64,000 nucleotides of DNA from Methanocaldococcus sp. 28A (lineage in GTDB: Archaea > AGJL01 > Methanococci > Methanococcales > Methanocaldococcaceae). The stretch is from assembly GCA_049852185.1 (NCBI GenBank), contig CP187540.1; one strand, 5' to 3'. The notes under the pieces are model-generated. The model was not told the origin of the DNA. It saw only the letters and a program-made list of their open reading frames with translations, and made no database searches. Positions 53,096-64,000 of the stretch are shown one piece after another. A program made the position numbers and the translations under genes. The first letter of the stretch is position 1. The number at the start of each line of letters is the position of its first letter.

Positions 53096-54343
53096 TTATA
53101 GGACAGTATCTTCTGGGTAAGCAGGCATCTTGTGCTCTGCCAAGTCCAATCCCATTTTCTCTTCATCTTCACTAACTCTCAAACCTCCAAGAACCATTCC
53201 TACAATCTTAGCAAGTATAAATCCTAAGCCAGTTCCATAAATGATACAGAATATTGATGCAATAATTTGTTCAACTAAATTGACTCCTCCAGCTCCTCCT
53301 AAAGCAGGCAATCCAAAGATTCCTGCCAATATAGCTCCAACAACTCCTGAAGTTCCATGAACTGGAACAACACCACAGACATCATCCAACCCAAATTTTT
53401 CAACTAGTTTATAAACTATTGGAACTTGTAATCCAGCTATTAATCCTATTATTAATCCGCCAATTGGACTTACAATATCTGTTCCTGAACAAATTGCTAC
53501 TAAGCCAGCAACAATTCCGTTAGCTGTAAAGAGGACATCTTTCTTTGACGTAATTAAAGCTCCAAGACCTCCTCCAGCCATTGCCATTGTTGTTGTTGCA
53601 CATACGAGTCCTGAGATATCTTTTAATGCTAAGGAACTACCTACGTTGAATCCATACCAACCAATAGCCAATGCAAAAGCCCCAAAAACAGCCATTGGTA
53701 TGTTATGCCCTAATATTGGCACTGGTTTTCCATTAACGAATCTTCCTACTCTTGGTCCTATTGCTAAGATAGCCCCTAAAGCTAAGAATCCTCCCAAACC
53801 GTGAACTACCAAACTTCCAGCATAGTCATGCCATGGGACAATTCCCGCTCCCCAAGGTCCTAAATATACAAATAACGGATACAAGAGTGCTGTAATAATC
53901 AAAGATAATAATACATAAGCACTAAATTTAATTCTCTCAGCTACTCCTCCAGATACAATTGTTGCCGCTGTTGCACAGAATACCAAACCAAAGAACCAGC
54001 TTGCTAAATTTAATCCATTGTTTGGCCAGTTTGTACTAAATATTTGACTCCACCAGTGTATATATGCTGAAAGATTAAAACCTGATTTAGCTAATACTCC
54101 ACCTATAAACAACCATGCAACACAACCAATAAGCCAATCAACCATGTTTTTCATCATAACATTATTAACATTTTTCTTTCTAACCTGCCCGCCTTCAAGC
54201 ATTGCAAAGCCCCACTGCATCATGAAGACAAGAACTCCCATAACTACAAGGAAGAAAACATCTGAAGCATTAGCCATTATAGTCAAAGCCTGAACTATTG
54301 AATTTATATCAGTTGCATTTGCTAATAAATCTGCTGTAGCCAT
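53096..54343 (-). CDS. amtB: Ammonium transporter
   Basis: IVSGGVAER, DYAGSLVVH, WYGFN, DDVCGVVPVHG. Confidence 0.96.
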   Translation of the reverse strand: MATADLLANATDINSIVQALTIMANASDVFFLVVMGVLVFMMQWGFAMLEGGQVRKKNVNNVMMKNMVDWLIGCVAWLFIGGVLAKSGFNLSAYIHWWSQIFSTNWPNNGLNLASWFFGLVFCATAATIVSGGVAERIKFSAYVLLSLIITALLYPLFVYLGPWGAGIVPWHDYAGSLVVHGLGGFLALGAILAIGPRVGRFVNGKPVPILGHNIPMAVFGAFALAIGWYGFNVGSSLALKDISGLVCATTTMAMAGGGLGALITSKKDVLFTANGIVAGLVAICSGTDIVSPIGGLIIGLIAGLQVPIVYKLVEKFGLDDVCGVVPVHGTSGVVGAILAGIFGLPALGGAGGVNLVEQIIASIFCIIYGTGLGFILAKIVGMVLGGLRVSEDEEKMGLDLAEHKMPAYPEDTVL

Positions 54344-54386
54344 TGCCTTCACCTCTACGTTTTATTTTTTAATTTTATTTTTAATC

Positions 54387-54737
<351 letters not shown>

Positions 54738-54756
54738 TTATATCACACTTAGAAAC

Positions 54757-54828
54757 GGAAATCCTGTTCTTAAGGAAAAGGAAATTATATTCCTATATAC
54801 TCTAAAAATAGTATAAAAACTTTTCGGT
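54757..54828 (-). promoter_or_regulatory. glnK-amtB promoter with two NrpR operators
   Basis: GGAA-ATTATA-TTCC 54780-54793 (perfect), GGAA-ATCCTG-TTCT 54757-54770; BRE/TATA ccgaaaagtttttatac on minus strand 54827-54811. Confidence 0.85.
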
Positions 54829-54838
54829 TAGGAAGAGA

Positions 54839-55521
54839 TTGTCAAGATAAGATAAGGAATAAGTTATATAGGGAGAAGAAAGATTTGAGCCAGCTAATGG
54901 CGGTTGAGAATTTAGAATTATTAGGGAATCGGTTATAGAAAGATTTGGTTCTACGTTTGAGTAGGGAGAAGAAATTTTCGACACAATTTCTTAAACCGAA
55001 TCGAACTCTTTCGAATTTTAGTCCTAATCTCTGTAGAGCCCACGGATACCATTTACCACCATCAACCAAAATTTTTGGTTTATTCGAGCAAAATTTTCAT
55101 ATACTTTTTACGAATAAGATAGTATCGAGATAGCATCTTGTTTTAGAGGTGTAGATACCTAAACATTCTTTAGATTCCACATCGATGGCAGACCATACAT
55201 AAATAGTTTCATTTCCAAGCTTTAGTTTAGTTTTATCGATTGCAATTAGGTTTCTTGTCTTTCTTTCAGGTTCGTTTAAAATATCTTTAATCTTGTGGTA
55301 ATATTGTCTAACCGATTCGTGGCTTATACTCTCGAATTGAGAAAGAAACTAACCTTTCTTAACGATAATCCTAAATAATACAAAATTCCTGCCAAAATTT
55401 TAATCTCTATCGACTTTTTATTCCTTTTAACTACCTTCTTAATCCTTTCCTTTAACATTTCTATCGTAAGTTTCATATCTTCCTTTATTTACACATATCT
55501 ATTTAATCCTTATCTTGACAA
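54839..55521 (-). mobile_element. IS6-family (ISMja1-like) element with frameshifted/nonsense transposase
   Basis: TIR ttgtcaagataag / cttatcttgacaa; ATG 55476 [44 protein letters not shown]. Confidence 0.88.
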
Positions 55522-55577
55522 CTTCACCTCCACATTACCGAAAAGTTTATATATGTAAAGTATATTATTAGCAAGCT

Positions 55578-55644
55578 AATGCGGGTGGGACAGTAGTGAG
55601 CCCCCACCTCACTGCTGATAACCCGCGTCGTAGGAGCCGGCTCC
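55578..55644 (+). ncRNA. Candidate GC-rich structured ncRNA or leader
   Basis: BRE/TATA ccgaaaagtttatata 55538-55553; stems gcgggt/acccgc and cagtagtgag/ctcactgctg; palindromic ggagccggctcc. Confidence 0.7.
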
Positions 55645-55850
55645 ATTTAGTTTAACAAAATTTACAGCTTAACACCCCTCCCCCACATATATTTTTATTT
55701 GCTATTATAATTTATTTATTTAAATGTTTAGAATAATATTTTTATAGAAAATTATTTATACGAACTAATACAATATAAATAATAATATAAAAATATAAAA
55801 AAATAACAATAATTTTTATATTTATGATAATGCTGTGGGGGTAACATTCT

Positions 55851-56693
55851 ATGAAAAGCATAGAAGAATATATAAAAGACGCATTTGAATATTCTTATTC
55901 AGATATTAAGAATTTTATTGTTGGAGGGTTACTGTTATCAATTTCTACTGTTATTGGAGTTATTTTTGACATCTATTTATTAAAGTATATTAATTTATAT
56001 TCTTTTATGGCTGATATTTCAAAGATATTTGTATTGTTTATCTTGGTAATACTAATTTTGTTAATAATTGGAATTATAACAAGTGGTTACCTTGTTAGAG
56101 TTATGAAAACCACTGTAGAAGGTTCAAATATCCTACCAAATTGGGATAATATTGTTGAATTGTTTATAAAAGGGGTTTTATATACAATTGGTAGTACTAT
56201 TTTAGCAATAATCTTCTTTATAATTCCAATTATATTAATAGTCTTAGGGGTATTTTTATTAATAAAATCCCCTATAGGGTTTGCAATATCAATGTTAGGT
56301 TTTATTATATTATTAATTTCAGGAATTGCATTCTTTTTCTATTCTCTATTAGCAGAAGTTAATTTTTCAATTAAAGGTTTCTTTGGATTTTTTGAGTTTA
56401 AAAAAATATTTAAAATGATATCTTTAAAATATATTGTATTAGTAATCCTTGTTTTTATTATTAGCGTTATTATTAACATAATTGTTTCATTACCTTTTGT
56501 TATACTCTCAATAATATTGGCTCCACATAATATGATATATAGTTACTCAGCGTATACTGTCTCTCCGAGTATTGTAATTCTTCAGTTAATAGAAGGAATC
56601 ATTAAAGGATTTGTTGCATTTTTTATTATGATATTTATAGGTAGAGCAGTAGCATTATACTACAAAGATAAGATTGAAGAAGAAAATATTTAA
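55851..56693 (+). CDS. DUF4013-family membrane protein
   Basis: DAFEY, GY..RV...T..G...LPNW....ELFIKG; many TM segments. Confidence 0.75.
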   Translation: MKSIEEYIKDAFEYSYSDIKNFIVGGLLLSISTVIGVIFDIYLLKYINLYSFMADISKIFVLFILVILILLIIGIITSGYLVRVMKTTVEGSNILPNWDNIVELFIKGVLYTIGSTILAIIFFIIPIILIVLGVFLLIKSPIGFAISMLGFIILLISGIAFFFYSLLAEVNFSIKGFFGFFEFKKIFKMISLKYIVLVILVFIISVIINIIVSLPFVILSIILAPHNMIYSYSAYTVSPSIVILQLIEGIIKGFVAFFIMIFIGRAVALYYKDKIEEENI

Positions 56694-56702
56694 TTAAATT
56701 AA

Positions 56703-57620
56703 TTATTTAAATCTTAAATTATAAAGATATTCTGCTAACTTAAAAACATAATCTTTATTTTTTAGACCATCAATCCAATTTTTTGGAATTTTTTTAAAAC
56801 CATAATAAGCTCCAGCTATAGCTCCGTACATGGATGCTAAGCTATCAGTATCACCTCCAGCATTTATGCATTTTATCATCCCTTCTTTAAAGTTATCAGT
56901 CAGTAGATAGGTTGCTATAGCTGAAGGGACCACTTCTTTAGCTAAAACTCCTGTCCCAAAATAATCATAAGCAGAATCTATATCATCAAATTCTTTGATT
57001 TTAGATATAAGGTTAGCAAAATACTCATCTACCTCTTTTATATAATTATAGCATTCATCCAATAATCTAAAATCTTTTCTTTCTTTTAAAGCATTGCTTA
57101 CAAAAAATGCAATTGCTAAAGCTCCAGCAATCGCTTCAGGATGGTTGTGGGTTATTTTTGAAGCTTTTATAACTTCAACTTTTAATTTATTTATATTGTC
57201 ATAAAATAAAATAGCTATTGGATATATTCGCATAGCAGCCCCACATGTTGGACTATCTACTCCAGAGAAATCATTATTTTTCAATTTTTCAATAGCTTTT
57301 AATGATGTTAAACCAATATGTGGAGGATTTTTTTCTCCCCATTTTATTAAATAAGATGCAAATTTTTCTATATCTATGCCGTTTTTATCTAAAGATTTTA
57401 TAATAAAAATTGCTTGTTCTGTATCATCAGTCCATTCTCCTTTTTTAACTTTTCCTGCCAAATAATTTTTTGGCTCAACATAATCATCAACAAATCCATA
57501 AATATTTTTTATTTCATCTTTTTTTAAGCCCTCTGTAGGCATTCCTAAAGCGTCTCCAATTACTGCCCCAAATATGCAACCATATATTTTATCTTTCATT
57601 TTGTTTAATATATCGTTCAT
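56703..57620 (-). CDS. ADP-ribosylglycohydrolase (DraG-like)
   Basis: GDALG, WTDDT, GAAMR, GGDTDS. Confidence 0.92.
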   Translation of the reverse strand: MNDILNKMKDKIYGCIFGAVIGDALGMPTEGLKKDEIKNIYGFVDDYVEPKNYLAGKVKKGEWTDDTEQAIFIIKSLDKNGIDIEKFASYLIKWGEKNPPHIGLTSLKAIEKLKNNDFSGVDSPTCGAAMRIYPIAILFYDNINKLKVEVIKASKITHNHPEAIAGALAIAFFVSNALKERKDFRLLDECYNYIKEVDEYFANLISKIKEFDDIDSAYDYFGTGVLAKEVVPSAIATYLLTDNFKEGMIKCINAGGDTDSLASMYGAIAGAYYGFKKIPKNWIDGLKNKDYVFKLAEYLYNLRFK

Positions 57621-57707
57621 AAAGACTCACCATTGAAGAATGATATTTTAATGAGTTAGAAAAAATATAATTATATATGTTTTAAAATACTTTGATTGGT
57701 GAAGTTT

Positions 57708-59551
<1,844 letters not shown>

Positions 59552-59696
59552 TCACCTTTTTAATAGGCTTCCAAAAGTAAAAGTATTTTGATTTCATATT
59601 TAAATATTATGTTCATCACTTTTAATTAACAAAACTTATAAAACATTAAAAATTCAAAAATAAAAATTGGACAATAAAAATCAAAGGTCTGAGACT

Positions 59697-61565
59697 ATGA
59701 AAAATGTTTTAATAAATGCAACAACAAAAAATTTTGAAATCATTGAAAAAAATATATTACCAATAACTTGGGGACTATATTGGCATAATAAATTTGAGAC
59801 ATGGAAGTACGATGTTTTTGATGAAAGAAATGTCTTTTGTTTTGGTAGAGGAGTTTTGCCAGTTATTGGAGGGCATAGATTGATATTTTCCTTTAGGTCT
59901 CCACTTTGGGATGGTTTCTATTTTTCATCAATGGGAGGAGCTGGATATCAGTTCAAAAGCACAGGATTAAATAATGTAGCAATTGTTGGAAAATGTGAGA
60001 AGCCATCAATATTGGTTATAGAAAATGAAGGACAATTAAGAGTTGATTTTATTGAGGTTAAAGAAGAATATAAGACTGTTTATGATGTTAGTAAATATAT
60101 CCTTGAGCTCTACAAAGACAAAAATATGAGAAGTGTTGTTGTAGGTGAAGCTTCCAAAAGAACAAATATGGGGGCTTTATTTTCTCAAACAGTTAGAAAT
60201 GGTGGATTTGTTGAGGGCTCAGAAGATTGGGCAGCAAGAGGGGGAGGAGGTTCTGTACTTTATAGAGCTCATAACATAGTAGGAATTGTCTTCTTTGGAG
60301 ATGAAAAAGAAAATAAAGAGGAAAAAGAAAAAGCTAAAAAAATTATTGAAGATTATTATAAAAAACCAATGAGTAAGGTTGTTTTAGAGCACACAAAAAA
60401 ATATAGGTATAATGAAGAAACAAAGACTGGAGGGACTTTTGGGAACAACTGGCTTTTGTATAAAGAGAAAGTTCCAATATTTAATTGGAGAATGCCCTAT
60501 ATAGATAAAGAGGATAGAAAAAAGATTTTAGATAAAATATTAAAACTTTATCTTGAAACATTCAATAAAGAAAGTATAGAATCAAAGAAATGGACAAACT
60601 GTGGGGAGCCATGTCCTGTTGTATGTAAAAAGTATAGAAATAAAAACAAAATTGATTATGAGCCTTATGCAGCTAATGGAACTTTATTAGGAATTTTTGA
60701 TTTATATGAAGCGGATAGAGTTGTTAAAACAGTTGATGCATTAGGATTTGATGCAATAGAAGTTGGAAATTTAATTGCATGGGTTTTTGAACTCTTAGAT
60801 GTTGGTTTGTTAAAAGAAGATGAGCTAAATATAAAAAAGCCAATATTTGACCATAAAAAGATTATAGATGGAAGTGATGAAGAGATTAAAGAGATTTCTA
60901 AGCACAATGCCGAGCAAGCAATAAAGTTATTGTATAATTTAGCAGAGAACTCAAATGAAATCTACAAAATCCTATCATTAGGAAAGAGAAAAGCATCTAA
61001 GATATTAAATGAGAGATTTAAAATCAGAGTTAAAGAATTTGGCAAAAAGTTTAATGATTTTGCTGTTTATGTTCCATTTGGCGATTGGGGAGAAATTGCA
61101 TCAAATTTATACTGGACTCCTGGATTCTTTATACCATTTGTTATTCAAGGAAGATATCTAACTTATTACAAACCAGAGTTTAATGAACCAGAAAAATTAG
61201 CAGAATTAGTTGTAGAAAATATAAAATTAGAACTGCCAATAGAAAACCTTGGAGTTTGCAGATTCCATAGAAAATGGCTTAAACCAGTATTAAATGATTT
61301 AGCTAAAGAGTTTTTAGGTATAGAAGATATTGTAGAAGATTCAATAAACCTCTATAAAGAAATCTGCAACTACAACAAAAAGATAGGATATCCTGCAAAA
61401 ATTGAAAGTGAAAGAGTTAGAGATTTAATTAAAGCATTAGCAAAAGAATTTGGCAATGAAAAATGGGTAAAAGAATTTGAAAATAGAGAAAATGTAGATA
61501 CCTATATAAAAAGAGTTTTAGATAGATATTCTGAACTCTTAGGTATTGATTGGAAGATTAATTAA
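59697..61565 (+). CDS. gor: Tungsten AOR-family enzyme, probably glyceraldehyde-3-phosphate:ferredoxin oxidoreductase
   Basis: DWAARGGGG, CGEPCPVVC, DYEPY, DALGFDAIE, CRFHR. Confidence 0.85.
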   Translation: MKNVLINATTKNFEIIEKNILPITWGLYWHNKFETWKYDVFDERNVFCFGRGVLPVIGGHRLIFSFRSPLWDGFYFSSMGGAGYQFKSTGLNNVAIVGKCEKPSILVIENEGQLRVDFIEVKEEYKTVYDVSKYILELYKDKNMRSVVVGEASKRTNMGALFSQTVRNGGFVEGSEDWAARGGGGSVLYRAHNIVGIVFFGDEKENKEEKEKAKKIIEDYYKKPMSKVVLEHTKKYRYNEETKTGGTFGNNWLLYKEKVPIFNWRMPYIDKEDRKKILDKILKLYLETFNKESIESKKWTNCGEPCPVVCKKYRNKNKIDYEPYAANGTLLGIFDLYEADRVVKTVDALGFDAIEVGNLIAWVFELLDVGLLKEDELNIKKPIFDHKKIIDGSDEEIKEISKHNAEQAIKLLYNLAENSNEIYKILSLGKRKASKILNERFKIRVKEFGKKFNDFAVYVPFGDWGEIASNLYWTPGFFIPFVIQGRYLTYYKPEFNEPEKLAELVVENIKLELPIENLGVCRFHRKWLKPVLNDLAKEFLGIEDIVEDSINLYKEICNYNKKIGYPAKIESERVRDLIKALAKEFGNEKWVKEFENRENVDTYIKRVLDRYSELLGIDWKIN

Positions 61566-61571
61566 AATCTA

Positions 61572-62060
<489 letters not shown>

Positions 62061-62066
62061 TTATTT

Positions 62067-62549
62067 TTATTCCTTACCATATATGGAGATTTTTATATGT
62101 CCATCAATTAAATAGTCAAACTCAATTTCTTTATCCCATCCCGCCTTTTTAAAGATACTCATAAAACATATACCAATAACTTTTTTAGGAGATAGTCTTT
62201 TTATTAATTCTTTAATTTTATCTGTCTCTACATTATACTTAGGCATTGCTAAACCTCCAAATAAAACGACTGCATCTACTTTATCTAAGCTTTCAAAGTT
62301 TTCCATTTGCATACCTACATCTTTAATAACAAGTTTTTTAACATTGCTTAAATCTCCATTTGGAATGAAATAACTCTCTTTATTTCTTATTGCATATCCA
62401 AACAATTCTGCAAAAGGCTGACAAACTCCAATAGAGCCTACAAATGCAACACTTTCTATATTGTTATTCTCTATAAAATTTTTAAATTCTCTTAACATTG
62501 GTGTAAGTCCATTTTCTTCTTTTAGCAATTTTAATACCAACTGTATCAC
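62067..62549 (-). CDS. DUF2124-family conserved methanogen protein
   Basis: GVCQPFAELFGY, GGLAMP, GICFMSIF. Confidence 0.75.
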   Translation of the reverse strand: MIQLVLKLLKEENGLTPMLREFKNFIENNNIESVAFVGSIGVCQPFAELFGYAIRNKESYFIPNGDLSNVKKLVIKDVGMQMENFESLDKVDAVVLFGGLAMPKYNVETDKIKELIKRLSPKKVIGICFMSIFKKAGWDKEIEFDYLIDGHIKISIYGKE

Positions 62550-62842
62550 CTATACCAATTTTTTGATATAAATAAAATATAGTTTCATAGTTTTTTTTGA
62601 GGCATATAATAAACACACCTTCTTATAGGATTAGTCTAATTGATTTTAATAAAGTTAGGACTTTGGAGTTTAATTACTTTTAACTAAAAATTAAAGTAGG
62701 ATGTAAGTAATAAAAATTTTATGTCTTATTTCTTAAAGCTAAATTTCCATTATCAAAATATTTATATTTATAAGATACTCAACTTTTTTATACAGTTTAT
62801 TCAATTTATTCAAAATAACACAAAAAAATAATTAGGGATAGA

Positions 62843-63484
62843 ATGCCAAAGTTGATGTTAGCCCTTGATGTTTTAAATAAAGAGGATGCCTTAAAAATAA
62901 CTAAAGAGATTAAAGATTACGTTGATGCTATAAAAGTTGGATATCCTTTAGTTTTATCTGCTGGAGTAGGAATTATAGAAGAAATAAAAAAAATCTGCAA
63001 TAAGGAGGTTATATGCGATTTTAAGGTTGCAGATATTCCATCAACAAATGAGAAGATAGCAAAGATAGCTTTAAAATATGCTGATGGGATAATAGTCCAT
63101 GGTTTTGTTGGAGAAGAATCTGTTAAGGCTGTTCAAGATGTTGCTAAAAAATTAAATAAAAAAGTAATAATGGTTACTGAAATGAGTCATCCTGGAGCAG
63201 TTCAATTTTTACAACCAATAGCTGATAAATTGGCAGAGATGGCTAAAAAGCTTAAAGTTGATGCTATTGTAGCCCCATCAACAAGACCAGAGAGGCTTAA
63301 AGAAATTAAAGAAATTGCAGAATTGCCAGTTATAACTCCAGGTGTTGGAGCTCAGGGAGGAAAAGTTGAAGATATAATAAATATCTTAGATGAAAATGAT
63401 TACGTCATTGTTGGAAGGGCAATATATCAATCAAAAAATCCTAAAGAGGAAGCTAAAAAATTTAAAGAAATGCTAACCAAGTGA
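62843..63484 (+). CDS. pyrF: Orotidine 5'-phosphate decarboxylase
   Basis: LALDV, DFKVADIP, PGVGAQGG, VGRAIY. Confidence 0.97.
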   Translation: MPKLMLALDVLNKEDALKITKEIKDYVDAIKVGYPLVLSAGVGIIEEIKKICNKEVICDFKVADIPSTNEKIAKIALKYADGIIVHGFVGEESVKAVQDVAKKLNKKVIMVTEMSHPGAVQFLQPIADKLAEMAKKLKVDAIVAPSTRPERLKEIKEIAELPVITPGVGAQGGKVEDIINILDENDYVIVGRAIYQSKNPKEEAKKFKEMLTK

Positions 63485-63488
63485 TAAA

Positions 63489-63956
63489 ATGAAAAAGAAA
63501 AAAGATATACTAATTGTTGGTTGTGGAAATCTCTTATTTGGAGATGATGGCTTTGGTTATGAGGTTGTTAGCAGATTAGAAAAAATGGAACTCCCAGAGA
63601 ACGTTGAAGTTATTGATGCTGGGGCTAGTGGAGCTTATTATTTAATGACCTTAGTTGATGAAGATATTAAGAAGATTATAGTTGTTGATGCTATTGATTT
63701 TAATTTAGAGCCTGGAACAATAAAAAAGATTGATGTTAATGAACTACCAAATATTAGGAAATATTCCTTTGATGCTCACAACGTTCCATTAGCACCATTT
63801 CTTAAAGAGTTGCATGAGAAAGGAATTGAAGTAGTTGTTATTGGTTGTCAAGGTAAGGAATTTACAATGCCTAATATAAAACCAGGGCTGTCTGAAGAAG
63901 TTGCTAAAGCTGTAGATAAAGCCATAGAAATGATTTTAGAAGAAATAAAGAAATAA
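63489..63956 (+). CDS. Hydrogenase maturation protease (FrhD-like)
   Basis: GCGNLLFGDDGFG, IDAG, VVDA, DAH. Confidence 0.9.
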   Translation: MKKKKDILIVGCGNLLFGDDGFGYEVVSRLEKMELPENVEVIDAGASGAYYLMTLVDEDIKKIIVVDAIDFNLEPGTIKKIDVNELPNIRKYSFDAHNVPLAPFLKELHEKGIEVVVIGCQGKEFTMPNIKPGLSEEVAKAVDKAIEMILEEIKK

Positions 63957-63966
63957 GGGATTTCAC

Positions 63967-64000
63967 ATGCTTAGAGAGATTTTGCAAGGTAATGCTGAAA
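63967..64000 (+). CDS. Start of an unidentified CDS (truncated by window)
   Basis: ATG 63967 MLREILQGNAE.. after GGGA, operon-like spacing. Confidence 0.4.
   Translation, partial: MLREILQGNAE

Overview
This AT-rich archaeal window has the gene content and order of a Methanocaldococcus (Methanococcales) chromosome. It holds an oxidative-stress cluster (rubredoxins, peroxiredoxin, rubrerythrin, FprA, Isf, AfpA), an atypical CooS followed by FrhA/G/B-like genes, housekeeping blocks (hisD, aroD, leuA, thrS, hisG, dnaG, mat, thiL, rtcA, cbiD, lig, pelA, rpl3-rps19, albA, glnK-amtB, wtpA/GAPOR, ribC, pyrF), two tRNA-Gly genes, a box C/D sRNA, a candidate GC-rich ncRNA, three dead IS elements and two TIR-bounded MITE families. 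The most striking signal is a family of ~65-bp double-hairpin elements. In three places such an element sits between two copies of a gene terminus, and the copies differ almost only by synonymous or conservative changes. One fixed end of the element abuts the dead copy. At a fourth site the same end abuts a truncated nitrate-transporter gene. This suggests hairpin-anchored grafting of homologous DNA from a relative rather than ordinary target-site duplication, but the mechanism is inference. A perfect 171-bp in-frame duplication in cooS and two homopolymer frameshifts (trm4, mscS) may be assembly artefacts. Gene names and M. jannaschii (MJ) locus numbers come from motif recognition and recall, not from a database search.
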